Shown: positions 1-9,691, counted from the first letter of the stretch. The stretch: DNA of 64,000 nucleotides from an uncultured Candidatus Saccharibacteria bacterium (GCA_964639295.1 CAZXDT010000002.1:66609-130608), one strand, 5' to 3'. The notes: a model not told the origin generated them from the sequence alone. Numbers and translations: made by a program.

Positions 1-67
1 TCGCGGAACAGCTTTACCTGCGGATTTGTACAGAAGTCAAAGGTAGAGACCCTAGCTAAGACGCACC

Positions 68-475
68 CTACAGAATATGGCTTGTACTGTTGAGTTTGAA
101 GTATTGTTCCAAAATTGATTTAGAGATTGGGGCGAACTTGTGCTTAGTTAGGTCGGAGGGGCCACCTATCAAACGATAGCCTTGACCTTCTTGCACACTC
201 ACTTGAGTTAGGTCAATATCGCCGTGGTAGAACACGTGACTCTCTGAGTCGTGGCCGTCACTCCAGGTAAATAGATACTCAAATTTAGATAGTGAAAGGG
301 TCGTTTCTTCTTCGATCTCACGTACAACAGCATCCCGTGGGGTCTCTCCGACTTTAAGAGCACCCGCAAACAAAGAAAGACTATTTGGGTCTTTAATTAA
401 TGGATTATTGTCCCTTAACTGCAGAATGATATGGCCATCCCGAGTCGTAAGTATGCATGATGCGTAGGATCTCAT
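68..475 (-). CDS. NUDIX hydrolase
   Basis: Nudix box readable in the translation: GALKVGETPRDAVVREIEEETTL (G-x5-E-x7-REUxEE pattern). 135 aa is typical for the family. Confidence 0.8.
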   Translation of the reverse strand: MRSYASCILTTRDGHIILQLRDNNPLIKDPNSLSLFAGALKVGETPRDAVVREIEEETTLSLSKFEYLFTWSDGHDSESHVFYHGDIDLTQVSVQEGQGYRLIGGPSDLTKHKFAPISKSILEQYFKLNSTSHIL

Positions 476-572
476 TCATCTCATAGTACCAAACTCTAGA
501 CGGAACGCTTTACTTCAATAAAGCAGTTTCTTTGTTTGATTCGGGATAGTACTGCCTGCAGGATATAATAGA

Positions 573-1670
573 ATGATGCATATTGTCATTGATGCCCGTA
601 TTCGCAGGTCTAGTACGGGCCGTTATACCGACCGATTGGTTCAGCATCTACAGGCAATTGATACGGAGAACACGTACACAATTCTGGTGCAACCAGATGA
701 TGATTGGCAGATGACCAACCCTAGTTTCCGCACCGTTCCGTGTAAATTCCAGCAGTTTTCTTTTAACCCTATCGATCAGATTGCTTTTGCATGGCAGATC
801 TATCGGCTCAAACCTGACCTGGTGCACTTTACTATGACCCAACAACCCTTGTTCTACTTCGGTAATATTGTCACCACGACTCATGATCTAACAATGCTCA
901 GTTTTACTCGTGCCAGTCGCTTCCCACGCTGGGTGCACGCAATTGGTATGGGTATGTATCGCTTCTTGTTCTGGTGGGCACACAAAAAATCTAAGAAAAT
1001 TATCGTGCCGACACAGTGGGTATACGACGATCTAGCCCAATATCAGCCATTTACCAGGGGTAAGCTGGTTGTTACATACGAATCAAGTGAGCCACCATTA
1101 GATATACCAGCCAAAAAACCAGCTGGGATCGATAAACCATTCGTATTCCACATTGGTGCGCCGTTCCCACACAAGAACATCCAGCGACTTATTCAAGCCT
1201 TTGAAATACTCAATGCTTCACAACCTGAACTAAAATTAGTCTTGCCAGGGAAGATAAAGGATCAGTTTAAAGAAGACCTCGACAGCTGGATCGAGGCCAG
1301 CCCAGCTAAACATTCTATTACTGTGCCTGGCTTCGTCTCTGATGCAGAGCTCAAGTGGCTGTACCAAAATGCCGAATGTTACGTACTCCCTTCCCTATCA
1401 GAAGGCTTTGGTTTGCCAGGGCTTGAAGCTATGGCCCATGGTTGCCCAGTGGCCAGCAGTAACGCTACATGCCTCCCAGAAGTCTACCAGGACGCTGCGC
1501 TGTACTTTGACCCCTATGACCCTGCGGACATCGCAGAAAAGGTCCGTGCCATCATAGACCAACCCAAAGTCGCTAAAGACCTCGCAGAAAAAGGTGAAAA
1601 ACTCCTCTCCCGCTACTCCTGGGGAAAAATGGCCCAAGAAACCTTGGTTGTATATAAATCAGTTTCTTAA
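573..1670 (+). CDS. Glycosyltransferase, GT-B fold (family 4-like)
   Basis: C-terminal GT4-type signature EGFGLPGLEAMAHGCPVASSNATCLPEV. 365 aa. Confidence 0.85.
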   Translation: MMHIVIDARIRRSSTGRYTDRLVQHLQAIDTENTYTILVQPDDDWQMTNPSFRTVPCKFQQFSFNPIDQIAFAWQIYRLKPDLVHFTMTQQPLFYFGNIVTTTHDLTMLSFTRASRFPRWVHAIGMGMYRFLFWWAHKKSKKIIVPTQWVYDDLAQYQPFTRGKLVVTYESSEPPLDIPAKKPAGIDKPFVFHIGAPFPHKNIQRLIQAFEILNASQPELKLVLPGKIKDQFKEDLDSWIEASPAKHSITVPGFVSDAELKWLYQNAECYVLPSLSEGFGLPGLEAMAHGCPVASSNATCLPEVYQDAALYFDPYDPADIAEKVRAIIDQPKVAKDLAEKGEKLLSRYSWGKMAQETLVVYKSVS

Positions 1671-2105
1671 CTATTCCGTAACTGTGATCGTTCCGGTCGT
1701 GCCACCTTGGTATTTGTCATGCCACCCAAAGGTACCAATAGTATTAAATGTATGACTGAATTTATCACCACTTTTTAGAAGTGGGCTTGAGAATATTTCA
1801 GTGGAGTCGGTATTATTTTCAATGCCATAATTTGGTATTTCTCCTGTGTCAGATATCTTCCAGGTGACAGTTGTGCCCTTCTTGATATCAATGGTTGTTG
1901 GAGAGTATGTACCCGTTACGAGATTTATTTCCTTTGTAACAACGTGACCGACTGCTGGACCCCCAATGTCAGTGTTTGTTGATTGTGGAAGGTCATTTTT
2001 CTGGGTGTGCCACACATAGTAGCCGCCCAAACCCAGAACAAGAACTACAAGTACAACTAGTAGTAGTTCTACTGTGCTAAAACCTTTGGTATTTAGTTTT
2101 TTCAT
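1671..2105 (-). CDS. Type IV pilin-like protein with a degenerate cupredoxin-like C-terminal domain
   Basis: Class III (prepilin) signal MKKLNTKG|FSTVELLLVVLVVLV. The C-terminus shows a cupredoxin-like strand pattern (YSPTTIDIKKGTTVTWK ... GTFGWHDKYQGGTTGTITV). The protein has no cysteine. Confidence 0.6.
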   Translation of the reverse strand: MKKLNTKGFSTVELLLVVLVVLVLGLGGYYVWHTQKNDLPQSTNTDIGGPAVGHVVTKEINLVTGTYSPTTIDIKKGTTVTWKISDTGEIPNYGIENNTDSTEIFSSPLLKSGDKFSHTFNTIGTFGWHDKYQGGTTGTITVTE

Positions 2106-2169
2106 ATGGTGCCCTTAATTAGTTAGCTTAAGCATAAGCCTTTTCTCAGTTTGTGACAATTGTAAGAAT

Positions 2170-5067
2170 TTATAAGCGGTACTTTGCGGCAAGCCTGCGG
2201 TAAAGCACCACGCTAATCAAGAAAGCAATAAGAACAAAAATCCAGAGTAAGTAGGGCTTGTTAGCCCTGCTGGAGCTGGTCGTTTCTTCATTATTAGCAA
2301 TTTCTCGGGTGGTGTTAGTGCCTTTAACTTGAGGCTTGGATCCATTGGCTGAAATCTCTGGTTGGTTGGCTATTATCGTATCCTGTGGGGTTGCAATAGC
2401 CGGCTGGGGCGCAGATATCGTAGATTGATTTACAAATGGTGTTTCTAGAACAAATTGACCTGCTTGAGTTGATTCGTCTACGCATTGCTGCAGCTTGTAG
2501 CAAATAGTAGGGTCAGGTTCTTGTGGGCTAGCCACTGTGTCGTTAGTAGCCTCCTCTGCAGAGGGAGTCTCTTCTTCAGGCCCCTGGACTTGCGGCGGGT
2601 CTGCTGGGGTTTGCCCTTCTGGACCTGGATCATTTGTCACGACCAATGGTGGGAGTAGCGGCTCAACTTGTACAAGGGTTGGCTGGCTGGACCCTCCGTC
2701 CGTTACCACTCGAGTACCCAACGAAGTAAGTCCTGATCCCGCCGACAGAGTTAGGGCTCCTTCTGTTAGGTCAGCGCTTACGAGAGGCAGGCCAGAATCT
2801 GGGTCTGTCACTACCAATGTTCCCTGCTCATCTGATTGCCAACTGAGGGTTATTGATCCGTCACTGTTTGCTTTTGCACTAACGTCTGGAACGGCCGGAA
2901 GTGTCGGAGGTTGTGGAGGATCGGCTTGAGTAACGTTCACTGCTAAGTGTGTCTCTGTCTCAATCACTCCACTATCAATCAAGCCCGCTATTCGTACAAA
3001 TGAGGTCTGTGGAGTATCGAAAACGTGTTCTACAACGGGCCCGGGAGAGGTTTCATCCCACTGGCCGTCGTTATTAAAGTCCCAATTATAGGCACTAAAA
3101 CGGGCGTTACTCTGGGAGGCATCTAAAATAACGGGTTGGTTTATGCGAGCGCCCAGCACTTGCCCGCTTTTAAAGCCATCTTTGGTCTCAAGCGCTTCTT
3201 TATATGCAATCGTGATGTCCTTTGGTTTATGGCTGAGTACTTGATACATCATGTCGCTGTAGGCGGCTTTATCAAACTTGTCGCGCTGGTTGTAATTGAT
3301 GAATATCCCACCTGTTGCCTTTGCTAAATACTCCAGATCGTTGGCCATTTTTGGTACAAGCTGCGGGAAGTACTGGTTTGTGATCTTGTTTGGAATAACC
3401 ACATCAACGGCAATGTGTTGTGATTGGGCTGCAATAATTGCATCATTTAGCGTCCTGGTGGTCATTTGGATATTGCCAGGCTTAGTTATTGGATTTTTAC
3501 ACTGGTCATTAGTGATCGCTAGATAAACCGTGGCGCAAAACTCCGAATGTTGGACTTTTGGCCAGATATCAAACACACCACCGTTGATATAGCACGCTAT
3601 GTATCCATTTGTTTCTGGAACGTGCATCCAACTACGAACCGTTCCGTTACACAGATTAAAAGAGTAAGTCGTCTTTGGTGGCCTGTCCGTGACAAGTACG
3701 ATGTGCTTCTCTGCCTCTGGACGCCAGCCACTTGCGAAGGCCGACTTCTCTACAGCAACGACATGCGGGTCTGCCCAGTCACCATTGCCCATTGCTTGAT
3801 TACCGAATGGGTAGCGACTGGCGAACGCGTTATACAAGTTGCTTGTAGAAAAAGAGGGGTTGTTAACATTATAGCCAGTGTACGGCATGAATGATTGAAT
3901 GTTATCGACTCTTGGGATGTACGTCTCGCCGTCGTCTGTCTCGCCAAAACCTTTAGCGGCGTAATTTACATTTGGATACACCGAAGAAATGCCTGATAAG
4001 ACAAGATCCGTGTCATAGCGGAACGAATAGAGCGCGTTGGCCATAGCATCATCATTAAGCAGGAGCATGACATCTTTGGGTTTGTTCGTTTCTTCCGGGC
4101 TCTGGTTCCCACCCATGATCGTACCAAGCCCACCTGCCGCCCTTTCAGCCTGCGCAAGCGTCGGAGCAGCCCATTGCATGAGTTCGTTCACATTGTTGCG
4201 CGTAGGTTCAGCAGCATAGCTAGAGTGGGCCTGCCTGTAGTCCTTATTAACACCAGACCATCCAGAGCAGATGATATCTACTCTATAGCAGTAACTTGCT
4301 GTACGTTTTTCTATATCCTCGGGTACATATGGAATCCTTGGCTCTAGCATCCCCTGATCGTGGTTTGTTACATCACCCCTACGCCAAGGGTAGGATATAG
4401 CTTTATCGAATGGGTTCACCAGACTATCTCCGTGCGCCGCAATAAACTTTGGGTCACCCACAAAGCTCACACCCAAGATTCTACTGCGTTCCAATGGCGA
4501 CAGCTGCGCAAGTGCGTCGCCCATAACTTGTGCACCCTGGGAGTATCCTCCAACAACTATCGATTGGCTCGGGCAAGAATTAATTTGGTCTTTTAAGTAA
4601 CCCACTGTTTCCGCCACTCCGTGTTCCACGCTCTCCCGATAGTCACCCGGAATCATAGAGACCTCTGAGTTGGCCAAATTGTCCGGATCTGTAAATATCC
4701 CTACCCCAACAGCCTTGTATCCAACCGGGTCATACTTCCCCGGAAAATCATGAATAGAAACAGGCTTATAGGTAACGTGCGGATACTCAACGTCCAAGTG
4801 TGTCTTGAATTGGTTGAAGAAAGCCGCTGATTCTTTCTCGGCTTTCTGAAAATCTTTTTCGAATGGGAAGTCTAGGAATTGGCTATCAGGATTCTGACCG
4901 GAGCCCCTTGTGAAGAGTAGAAGTAAGTCTTTACACTCAAACACTGGGTTGCTTGGTTCTGCATAGACCGATCCATGCAGAACAGATAGACCCGACAGGA
5001 TATAAAGAACAGTGAGAAGCCTAAAACCAGATCTCTTAGTCTGTGGAGACCGCCAAGTAAACCTCAC
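2170..5067 (-). CDS. Large secreted, C-terminally anchored protein: cutinase-like esterase + vWA-like + PKD-like domains
   Basis: N-terminal signal peptide. Cutinase serine motif GGYSQGAQVMGDAL. vWA-like blocks (VMLLLNDD..., IVLVTDRPP, LAKATGGIF). PKD-like NWDFNNDGQWDETSPGPVVEHVF. P/T/Q-rich stalk and terminal TM helix LLWIFVLIAFLISVVLY. Confidence 0.6.
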   Translation of the reverse strand: MRFTWRSPQTKRSGFRLLTVLYILSGLSVLHGSVYAEPSNPVFECKDLLLLFTRGSGQNPDSQFLDFPFEKDFQKAEKESAAFFNQFKTHLDVEYPHVTYKPVSIHDFPGKYDPVGYKAVGVGIFTDPDNLANSEVSMIPGDYRESVEHGVAETVGYLKDQINSCPSQSIVVGGYSQGAQVMGDALAQLSPLERSRILGVSFVGDPKFIAAHGDSLVNPFDKAISYPWRRGDVTNHDQGMLEPRIPYVPEDIEKRTASYCYRVDIICSGWSGVNKDYRQAHSSYAAEPTRNNVNELMQWAAPTLAQAERAAGGLGTIMGGNQSPEETNKPKDVMLLLNDDAMANALYSFRYDTDLVLSGISSVYPNVNYAAKGFGETDDGETYIPRVDNIQSFMPYTGYNVNNPSFSTSNLYNAFASRYPFGNQAMGNGDWADPHVVAVEKSAFASGWRPEAEKHIVLVTDRPPKTTYSFNLCNGTVRSWMHVPETNGYIACYINGGVFDIWPKVQHSEFCATVYLAITNDQCKNPITKPGNIQMTTRTLNDAIIAAQSQHIAVDVVIPNKITNQYFPQLVPKMANDLEYLAKATGGIFINYNQRDKFDKAAYSDMMYQVLSHKPKDITIAYKEALETKDGFKSGQVLGARINQPVILDASQSNARFSAYNWDFNNDGQWDETSPGPVVEHVFDTPQTSFVRIAGLIDSGVIETETHLAVNVTQADPPQPPTLPAVPDVSAKANSDGSITLSWQSDEQGTLVVTDPDSGLPLVSADLTEGALTLSAGSGLTSLGTRVVTDGGSSQPTLVQVEPLLPPLVVTNDPGPEGQTPADPPQVQGPEEETPSAEEATNDTVASPQEPDPTICYKLQQCVDESTQAGQFVLETPFVNQSTISAPQPAIATPQDTIIANQPEISANGSKPQVKGTNTTREIANNEETTSSSRANKPYLLWIFVLIAFLISVVLYRRLAAKYRL

Positions 5068-5500
5068 CCCTTAACCCCCTGAAGGTCCCATCAATTTTGA
5101 CACCATTTCCAACACCGCACTCATAGTTATTTGTTGGTTTAGCCTCTTGTTTATATAGAGGCTGGGAAACAACAAGACCTGTGCATAGGCCCGAGTCTGC
5201 AACGACTTTCTTAACTTCTTCGATTGTTGTAGATTCGGGAATACTGAATGTTTTGCTTTTGTGGAAGCAGCCCGAGTCGTTGAGGGGGTCACAGCCTCGG
5301 CCGAAAAGGCCTTTATTTTCTGAACTGTTTACTTCTTTCCAGTCGGCTGGGAATTGCAAGCGAGCAAACGCTTTCTCTACGTCAGCGTAGTTTGGACTTT
5401 CTGATTTAAAGGGATAGTAAAAGTTATCAACTGCCCATAGCCCAACAATCACAAACAGTACTGCTGCAATTATCGCTGTTATCTTGAGACCACGCTTCAT
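5036..5500 (-). CDS. Hypothetical membrane-anchored protein
   Basis: The start is moved to the ATG of MKRGLK, which follows a GGAGGG Shine-Dalgarno. One N-terminal TM helix. No recognisable motif. Confidence 0.5.
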   Translation of the reverse strand: MKRGLKITAIIAAVLFVIVGLWAVDNFYYPFKSESPNYADVEKAFARLQFPADWKEVNSSENKGLFGRGCDPLNDSGCFHKSKTFSIPESTTIEEVKKVVADSGLCTGLVVSQPLYKQEAKPTNNYECGVGNGVKIDGTFRGLRGEVYLAVSTD

Positions 5501-5589
5501 AGTTCCCTCCACCAGAAGATTTGTTTATATCATATAGCAATCGTCCGTCATACGGACAGACGATTCTTAAAGATTCCTGTGTAAAAGTC

Positions 5590-6048
5590 CTATTTAGCAG
5601 TTGGTTTGAGGACGACGTGGCGGTCGCGGGCTTCGCCTTCGGATTCTGTTGCTAAGCCAGCATCTGCGGCAACTTTGTGGACCGTGCGGCGATCTGCTGC
5701 ATTCATTGGTTGCAGGTGCATAGGCTCGCCGGATTCTTGGACCTTTTTGACCCAGTCCTCTGCTTGTTGCGCCAGGCGATCTGCACGTTGCTTCTTGTAT
5801 TCTGCAACGTCTACGTTCACACGGGTGACTTCGTAACCGTTGTTTTTGAGTGCATTACTAACCATGAACTGTAGGGCACGGACGGTATCGCCGTGTTGAC
5901 CAATTAGGAAGCCGTTGAGGTGAGTTGATGGCACCTGGAGTTCTATAACTTCGTCATCTTCAGTCGTTGCGTATACATCAGTGTTAAGACCAAAGAACGA
6001 CAAGACGTCTTCTAGGTACTTCTTGGCGTATTGTAGGGACTCTTCCAT
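5590..6048 (-). CDS. jag: Jag/KhpB-type RNA-binding protein (KH + R3H)
   Basis: R3H region MNAADRRTVHKVAADAGLATESEGEARDRHVVL. Conserved position downstream of yidC. Confidence 0.8.
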   Translation of the reverse strand: MEESLQYAKKYLEDVLSFFGLNTDVYATTEDDEVIELQVPSTHLNGFLIGQHGDTVRALQFMVSNALKNNGYEVTRVNVDVAEYKKQRADRLAQQAEDWVKKVQESGEPMHLQPMNAADRRTVHKVAADAGLATESEGEARDRHVVLKPTAK

Positions 6049-6050
6049 GA

Positions 6051-6968
6051 TTATTTCCTCCGCTTCTTTTTACTAGCTTTGGACTTTTTTGGTTTTGGTT
6101 TTTCTATGACTTCGCCTTCGAGGATAACTTTTTTGCTATCTTTCTCGTTTCCGATGGCTTCCATTTCTTCTTCGTCTTCTTTCAAAATACGGCTCTGTTG
6201 GATATACGCAACGATACCGCCGGTCATCCAGTACAAGCTGAGAGCGGATGGCAGACCTATGGTAAAGAGTAGGATCATACCAGGAATCAAGAAACGTGTA
6301 CCACGCATAACTGCGGCATTGACCTCTGTTTGATCGGCAGCTTCTCCAGAAGCAGCTTCCTTCAAGATTTGCTTAAGGCCACGGCCATCTTTAGGCTTAG
6401 GCATCAACTGTGAGCTCTGCTTGAACTGGGCAAAGGCACTACCAAGGACCAGTAGAAATGCTGGCGAGTAGAAGCCCTCTTTGCCAAGAGCTGGCTTGGT
6501 CAGGTCAACAACTCCGATGAGTGTCTCGTCAAAGTGGTGGATGTTAGTAGCTAGATCCTTGAGCCATGGCAAGCTGTGGAGGAAAGAGTATGACTGCGTA
6601 ATGAGTGTGTTGGGGTCACTTACGAGGTTACGCACGCCAAAGTACAAGCCAAGCAGCACGACGAACTGAATCAGAATGGTGCCGAGAGAGCCCATTGGAC
6701 TGATGTTGCGTTCCTTGTAGAGCTCCATCAGCATGACTGATTCTTTCTGGCGGTCGCCCTTTGCCTCTTTCTTGATGCGCTTGATCTCTGGCTGCATCAT
6801 ACGCATTGCCTTGGCGTGGTGGAGCTGTTTGCGGACAATTGGCCACATGAGCAAACGAACAAGGATGGTAAAGATAATGAGGGCGAGACCAAAGTTATGC
6901 CATGGCAGGATGGCATTTATAAAGACAAGTAGATTAAAGATCGGCAGTACGATCAGGTTGTGGAACAT
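6051..6968 (-). CDS. yidC: Membrane protein insertase YidC
   Basis: Polytopic, with a lysine-rich C-terminal tail (KSKASKKKRRK). Synteny rnpA-yidC-jag. YidC-like core LMWPIVRKQ...MQPEIKRIKK. Confidence 0.9.
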   Translation of the reverse strand: MFHNLIVLPIFNLLVFINAILPWHNFGLALIIFTILVRLLMWPIVRKQLHHAKAMRMMQPEIKRIKKEAKGDRQKESVMLMELYKERNISPMGSLGTILIQFVVLLGLYFGVRNLVSDPNTLITQSYSFLHSLPWLKDLATNIHHFDETLIGVVDLTKPALGKEGFYSPAFLLVLGSAFAQFKQSSQLMPKPKDGRGLKQILKEAASGEAADQTEVNAAVMRGTRFLIPGMILLFTIGLPSALSLYWMTGGIVAYIQQSRILKEDEEEMEAIGNEKDSKKVILEGEVIEKPKPKKSKASKKKRRK

Positions 6969-7030
6969 GTGGACTCCTGTTTCTTAGATCTATTCTATCA
7001 CCTCTGAAACCCTGTAAGAAGTGGCGTTGT

Positions 7031-7375
7031 TTATACTACTTTGGCTTGTTTGAGCTGAGCACGAACAAGTTTGCGGACTTCTTCTGCTGGAATTGTGGCG
7101 AGTTGGTCATTGAAAACAGTCAGGACCATGTCGTACGGGCCCTTAAATGACGCTGCCTCGAGGCGAAATGCCTCATACATACGGCGGCGGATACGGTTAC
7201 GGACCACAGCTGACTTATGAACCTTCTTACTAACAACTACAGCCAGACGATAATCTTTGCGTTTGGTGTTTAAGACAAACTTGAGTGCACATAGTGGCCC
7301 ACGCACCGTCTGACCATTACGATACACGTATCGCAGGCTGCCATGTCCATGAAATCTGTTCTTGCGTCCAATCAT
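7031..7375 (-). CDS. rnpA: Ribonuclease P protein component
   Basis: 114 aa basic protein with VSKKVHKSAVVRNRIRRRM (RNR motif). Lies between rpmH and yidC. Confidence 0.9.
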   Translation of the reverse strand: MIGRKNRFHGHGSLRYVYRNGQTVRGPLCALKFVLNTKRKDYRLAVVVSKKVHKSAVVRNRIRRRMYEAFRLEAASFKGPYDMVLTVFNDQLATIPAEEVRKLVRAQLKQAKVV

Positions 7376-7471
7376 GAGGTCTTGCCTCCTGGACGCATAT
7401 TAAGTTTTAGATTAAAGAAAATCATATTATATAGCGTAGCTTTTTTACTGTTATGGTTCTAGGGGTTTATA

Positions 7472-7497
7472 CAAAAAGAACCGCCGAAGCGGTTCCC
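7472..7497 (-). terminator. Intrinsic terminator after rpmH
   Basis: Read on the minus strand: GGAACCGC-TTCG-GCGGTTC followed by TTTTT. About 20 nt after the rpmH stop. Confidence 0.6.
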
Positions 7498-7514
7498 TAC
7501 TTTGTTCTCTGCGA

Positions 7515-7652
7515 CTAAGCTGAGAGCTCTTTGCGGCCTTTGTTGCGGCGGCGGTTAAGCACTGCTTTACCGGCTTTGCTAGCCATACGCTTCATGAAAC
7601 CATGTTCACGGGCGCGGCGGCGGGTCTTGGGTTGGTGTGTTCGCTTTGGCAT
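7515..7652 (-). CDS. rpmH: 50S ribosomal protein L34
   Basis: Not in the ORF track because it is under 60 aa. Hand translation of the minus strand gives [45 protein letters not shown], a canonical L34. Confidence 0.9.
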   Translation of the reverse strand: MPKRTHQPKTRRRAREHGFMKRMASKAGKAVLNRRRNKGRKELSA

Positions 7653-7993
7653 CTTATCCTTATTCTAACATTTTTACATCAATTATTACACTGTCGGCAA
7701 TCCTGTTGTCGACCAAACCGTATAAAAATACACTGGCTGGCGCGTGAGCGCAAGTGGGTCACACTCAAATGGGGTGAAATTGACAATATTTACCCACTAA
7801 TTCTAGCAAGTTATCCACTTTTACTCAAGGGTTTTCCACAGATTAACAGATTGGGCCTGATTTTGTGCATAAAAACCCTACTTTTTCATATTTTTGTAGA
7901 TCTACTCAAAAGTGTGATGAAAGGCTGTGGAAAACTCCCAACTTTCTGTTATATTTATTGGTAACGATCAACAATTTTTTGAGGAGAGGGTAG
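7653..7993. other. oriC candidate, part 1 (rpmH-dnaA intergenic DnaA-box cluster plus AT-rich stretch)
   Basis: DnaA-box-like 9-mers, each 8/9 to TTATCCACA or its TTTTCCACA variant: TTATCCACT 7811-7819, TTTTCCACA 7832-7840, TGTGCATAA (reverse) 7864-7872, TGTGGAAAA (reverse) 7926-7934. AT-rich tract 7869-7905 contains a GATC. Confidence 0.6.
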
Positions 7994-9385
7994 ATGCAGG
8001 ACAACCTGTGGCAAACAGTCTTAGGGGAAATTGAACTTACGGTATCCCGCGGCGCATATGTCACGTGGTTCAAGAATACTCGCCTGCTCCGCTTTAAAGA
8101 CAACGTCGTTGTTGTAGGTGTCCCGAACGTCTTTATAAAGCAACAGCTCGAAAAGAAATATAACCAGCTCATCACGGATAGTCTTATAAAGAATGGTGTC
8201 ACTCCAGACCACGTAGAATACAAGATCCACTCGTCCATCACCCTACCTAAGCGTAACGAGGAAGAGCCACTTATCCTCAGCGCCGCAACGACTGAACGTA
8301 TTGCTAACACCGTCACACACGCACAGTCACAAAACCAGAGCCGCTCCTCAACCCTTACTCATAATTACCGCCAGGGACTAAACGAGAAGTATACTTTTGA
8401 TAACTTTATTGTTGGCTCCGGTAACGAACTTGCCTACGCTGCGTGTCAGGCTGTAGCCGCGAACCCAGGAACTAAGTACAATCCACTCTTTCTCTACGGC
8501 GGTGTTGGGATTGGTAAGACTCACTTAGTACAAGCCGTCGGCAACGCTATCATGGCCGAGAATAAAGAAGCTCATGTCGTATACGTATCTATAGAACAGT
8601 TCCTGCAGGAGTTCCTCGATGCTATTAAGTTCAAGAAAAATACTGACTTTGCTAGCTACTACCGCAACGCAGATGTACTGATCATCGATGACATTCAGTT
8701 TATTGCTGGCAAGGAAAAGACTCAGGACGAATTCTTCCATACCTTTAACGCCCTCCACCAGGCCGACAAACAGATCATCATTAACAGTGACCGTCCACCA
8801 AAAGACATTGCTACGCTCGATGACCGACTGAAGAGCCGGTTTGCAATGGGCATGAGTATTGATATGCAGATTCCTGATTTTGAAACACGTTGTGTCATCT
8901 TACAGACTAAGGCACAGGTACATGGGCTTAACCTTGAGCAACCCGTGGTTGAGTATCTAGCGAACTTAGTGCAATCCAACATTCGTGAACTTGAGGGTGC
9001 ACTCAACCAGCTGCTCGCATTTTGTGAAATGCGTAATCTCAGCCCAGACTTAGCTATTGCAACTACACTACTTGGATCCGTGAAGACTAGGCCTAAGCAT
9101 ATTAGTGCTAAACAAATTATCGAACGTTGTTCCCGTCACTTCCAAATCTCTATGGAAGACATTATGGGGCCCAAGCGCGACAAAGATATTGTTGTGCCCC
9201 GCCAAGTTGCTATGTATATGCTGCGTAGTGAGTTGCACCTTAGCTTCCCGAAGATTGCACGTGAGCTTGGCCGCAAAGACCACACTACCGCCATTCATTC
9301 TGTCGAGAAGATTGAAAAAGAGGTTAATTACGATGCTGATATTAAGGCAGCCGTGGTTGAAATCAAGGAACGTTTGTATGCATAG
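7994..9385 (+). CDS. dnaA: Chromosomal replication initiator DnaA
   Basis: AAA+ Walker A GGVGIGKTHL, Walker B VLIIDDIQF, and C-terminal DNA-binding motif GRKDHTTAIHS. Confidence 0.97.
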   Translation: MQDNLWQTVLGEIELTVSRGAYVTWFKNTRLLRFKDNVVVVGVPNVFIKQQLEKKYNQLITDSLIKNGVTPDHVEYKIHSSITLPKRNEEEPLILSAATTERIANTVTHAQSQNQSRSSTLTHNYRQGLNEKYTFDNFIVGSGNELAYAACQAVAANPGTKYNPLFLYGGVGIGKTHLVQAVGNAIMAENKEAHVVYVSIEQFLQEFLDAIKFKKNTDFASYYRNADVLIIDDIQFIAGKEKTQDEFFHTFNALHQADKQIIINSDRPPKDIATLDDRLKSRFAMGMSIDMQIPDFETRCVILQTKAQVHGLNLEQPVVEYLANLVQSNIRELEGALNQLLAFCEMRNLSPDLAIATTLLGSVKTRPKHISAKQIIERCSRHFQISMEDIMGPKRDKDIVVPRQVAMYMLRSELHLSFPKIARELGRKDHTTAIHSVEKIEKEVNYDADIKAAVVEIKERLYA

Positions 9386-9691
9386 TCTTATCCTTTTTTC
9401 TGGCACTCGAATAGCTCGCTTGCCAAAAGTCAGTGGAAAAGCCTGTGTAGAACTTGTGGGTAGCTTGTGGGTTGGCCGCGGACAAAAAAATGGTGTTTTA
9501 CACACGCACAATTTCACACAAAAGGCACTATGGAAAACCTATGATTTTTCATGGTCGTTGTACACAAATTGTATCCATCTTTACACAGCTACTGTGGGTA
9601 AAATTACCTCTGTTATGGAGGACTTGTACACACAATACACACCCCTTACTACTATGACTACTACTTATATAAATACATTTAGGAGAATCGC
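9386..9691. other. oriC candidate, part 2 (dnaA-dnaN intergenic box cluster plus AT-rich end)
   Basis: 306 bp non-coding gap with repeated TGTGGGTA/TGTGGGTT (reverse complement TACCCACA) at ~9455, ~9466 and ~9593. Also AGTGGAAAA 9432-9440, TATGGAAAA 9529-9537, and an AT-rich run ACTACTTATATAAATACATTT just before dnaN. Confidence 0.5.

Noticed and set aside
2537-4596. Several 60-130-aa plus-strand ORFs inside the 965-aa gene.
   Set aside because: They are antisense shadows of a confidently motif-bearing gene (cutinase, PKD). The translations are low complexity.
7602-7964. A 120-aa plus-strand ORF in the rpmH-dnaA spacer.
   Set aside because: It starts antisense inside rpmH and runs across the DnaA-box cluster. 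The hydrophobic translation looks like an AT-rich artefact. The region is better explained as oriC.
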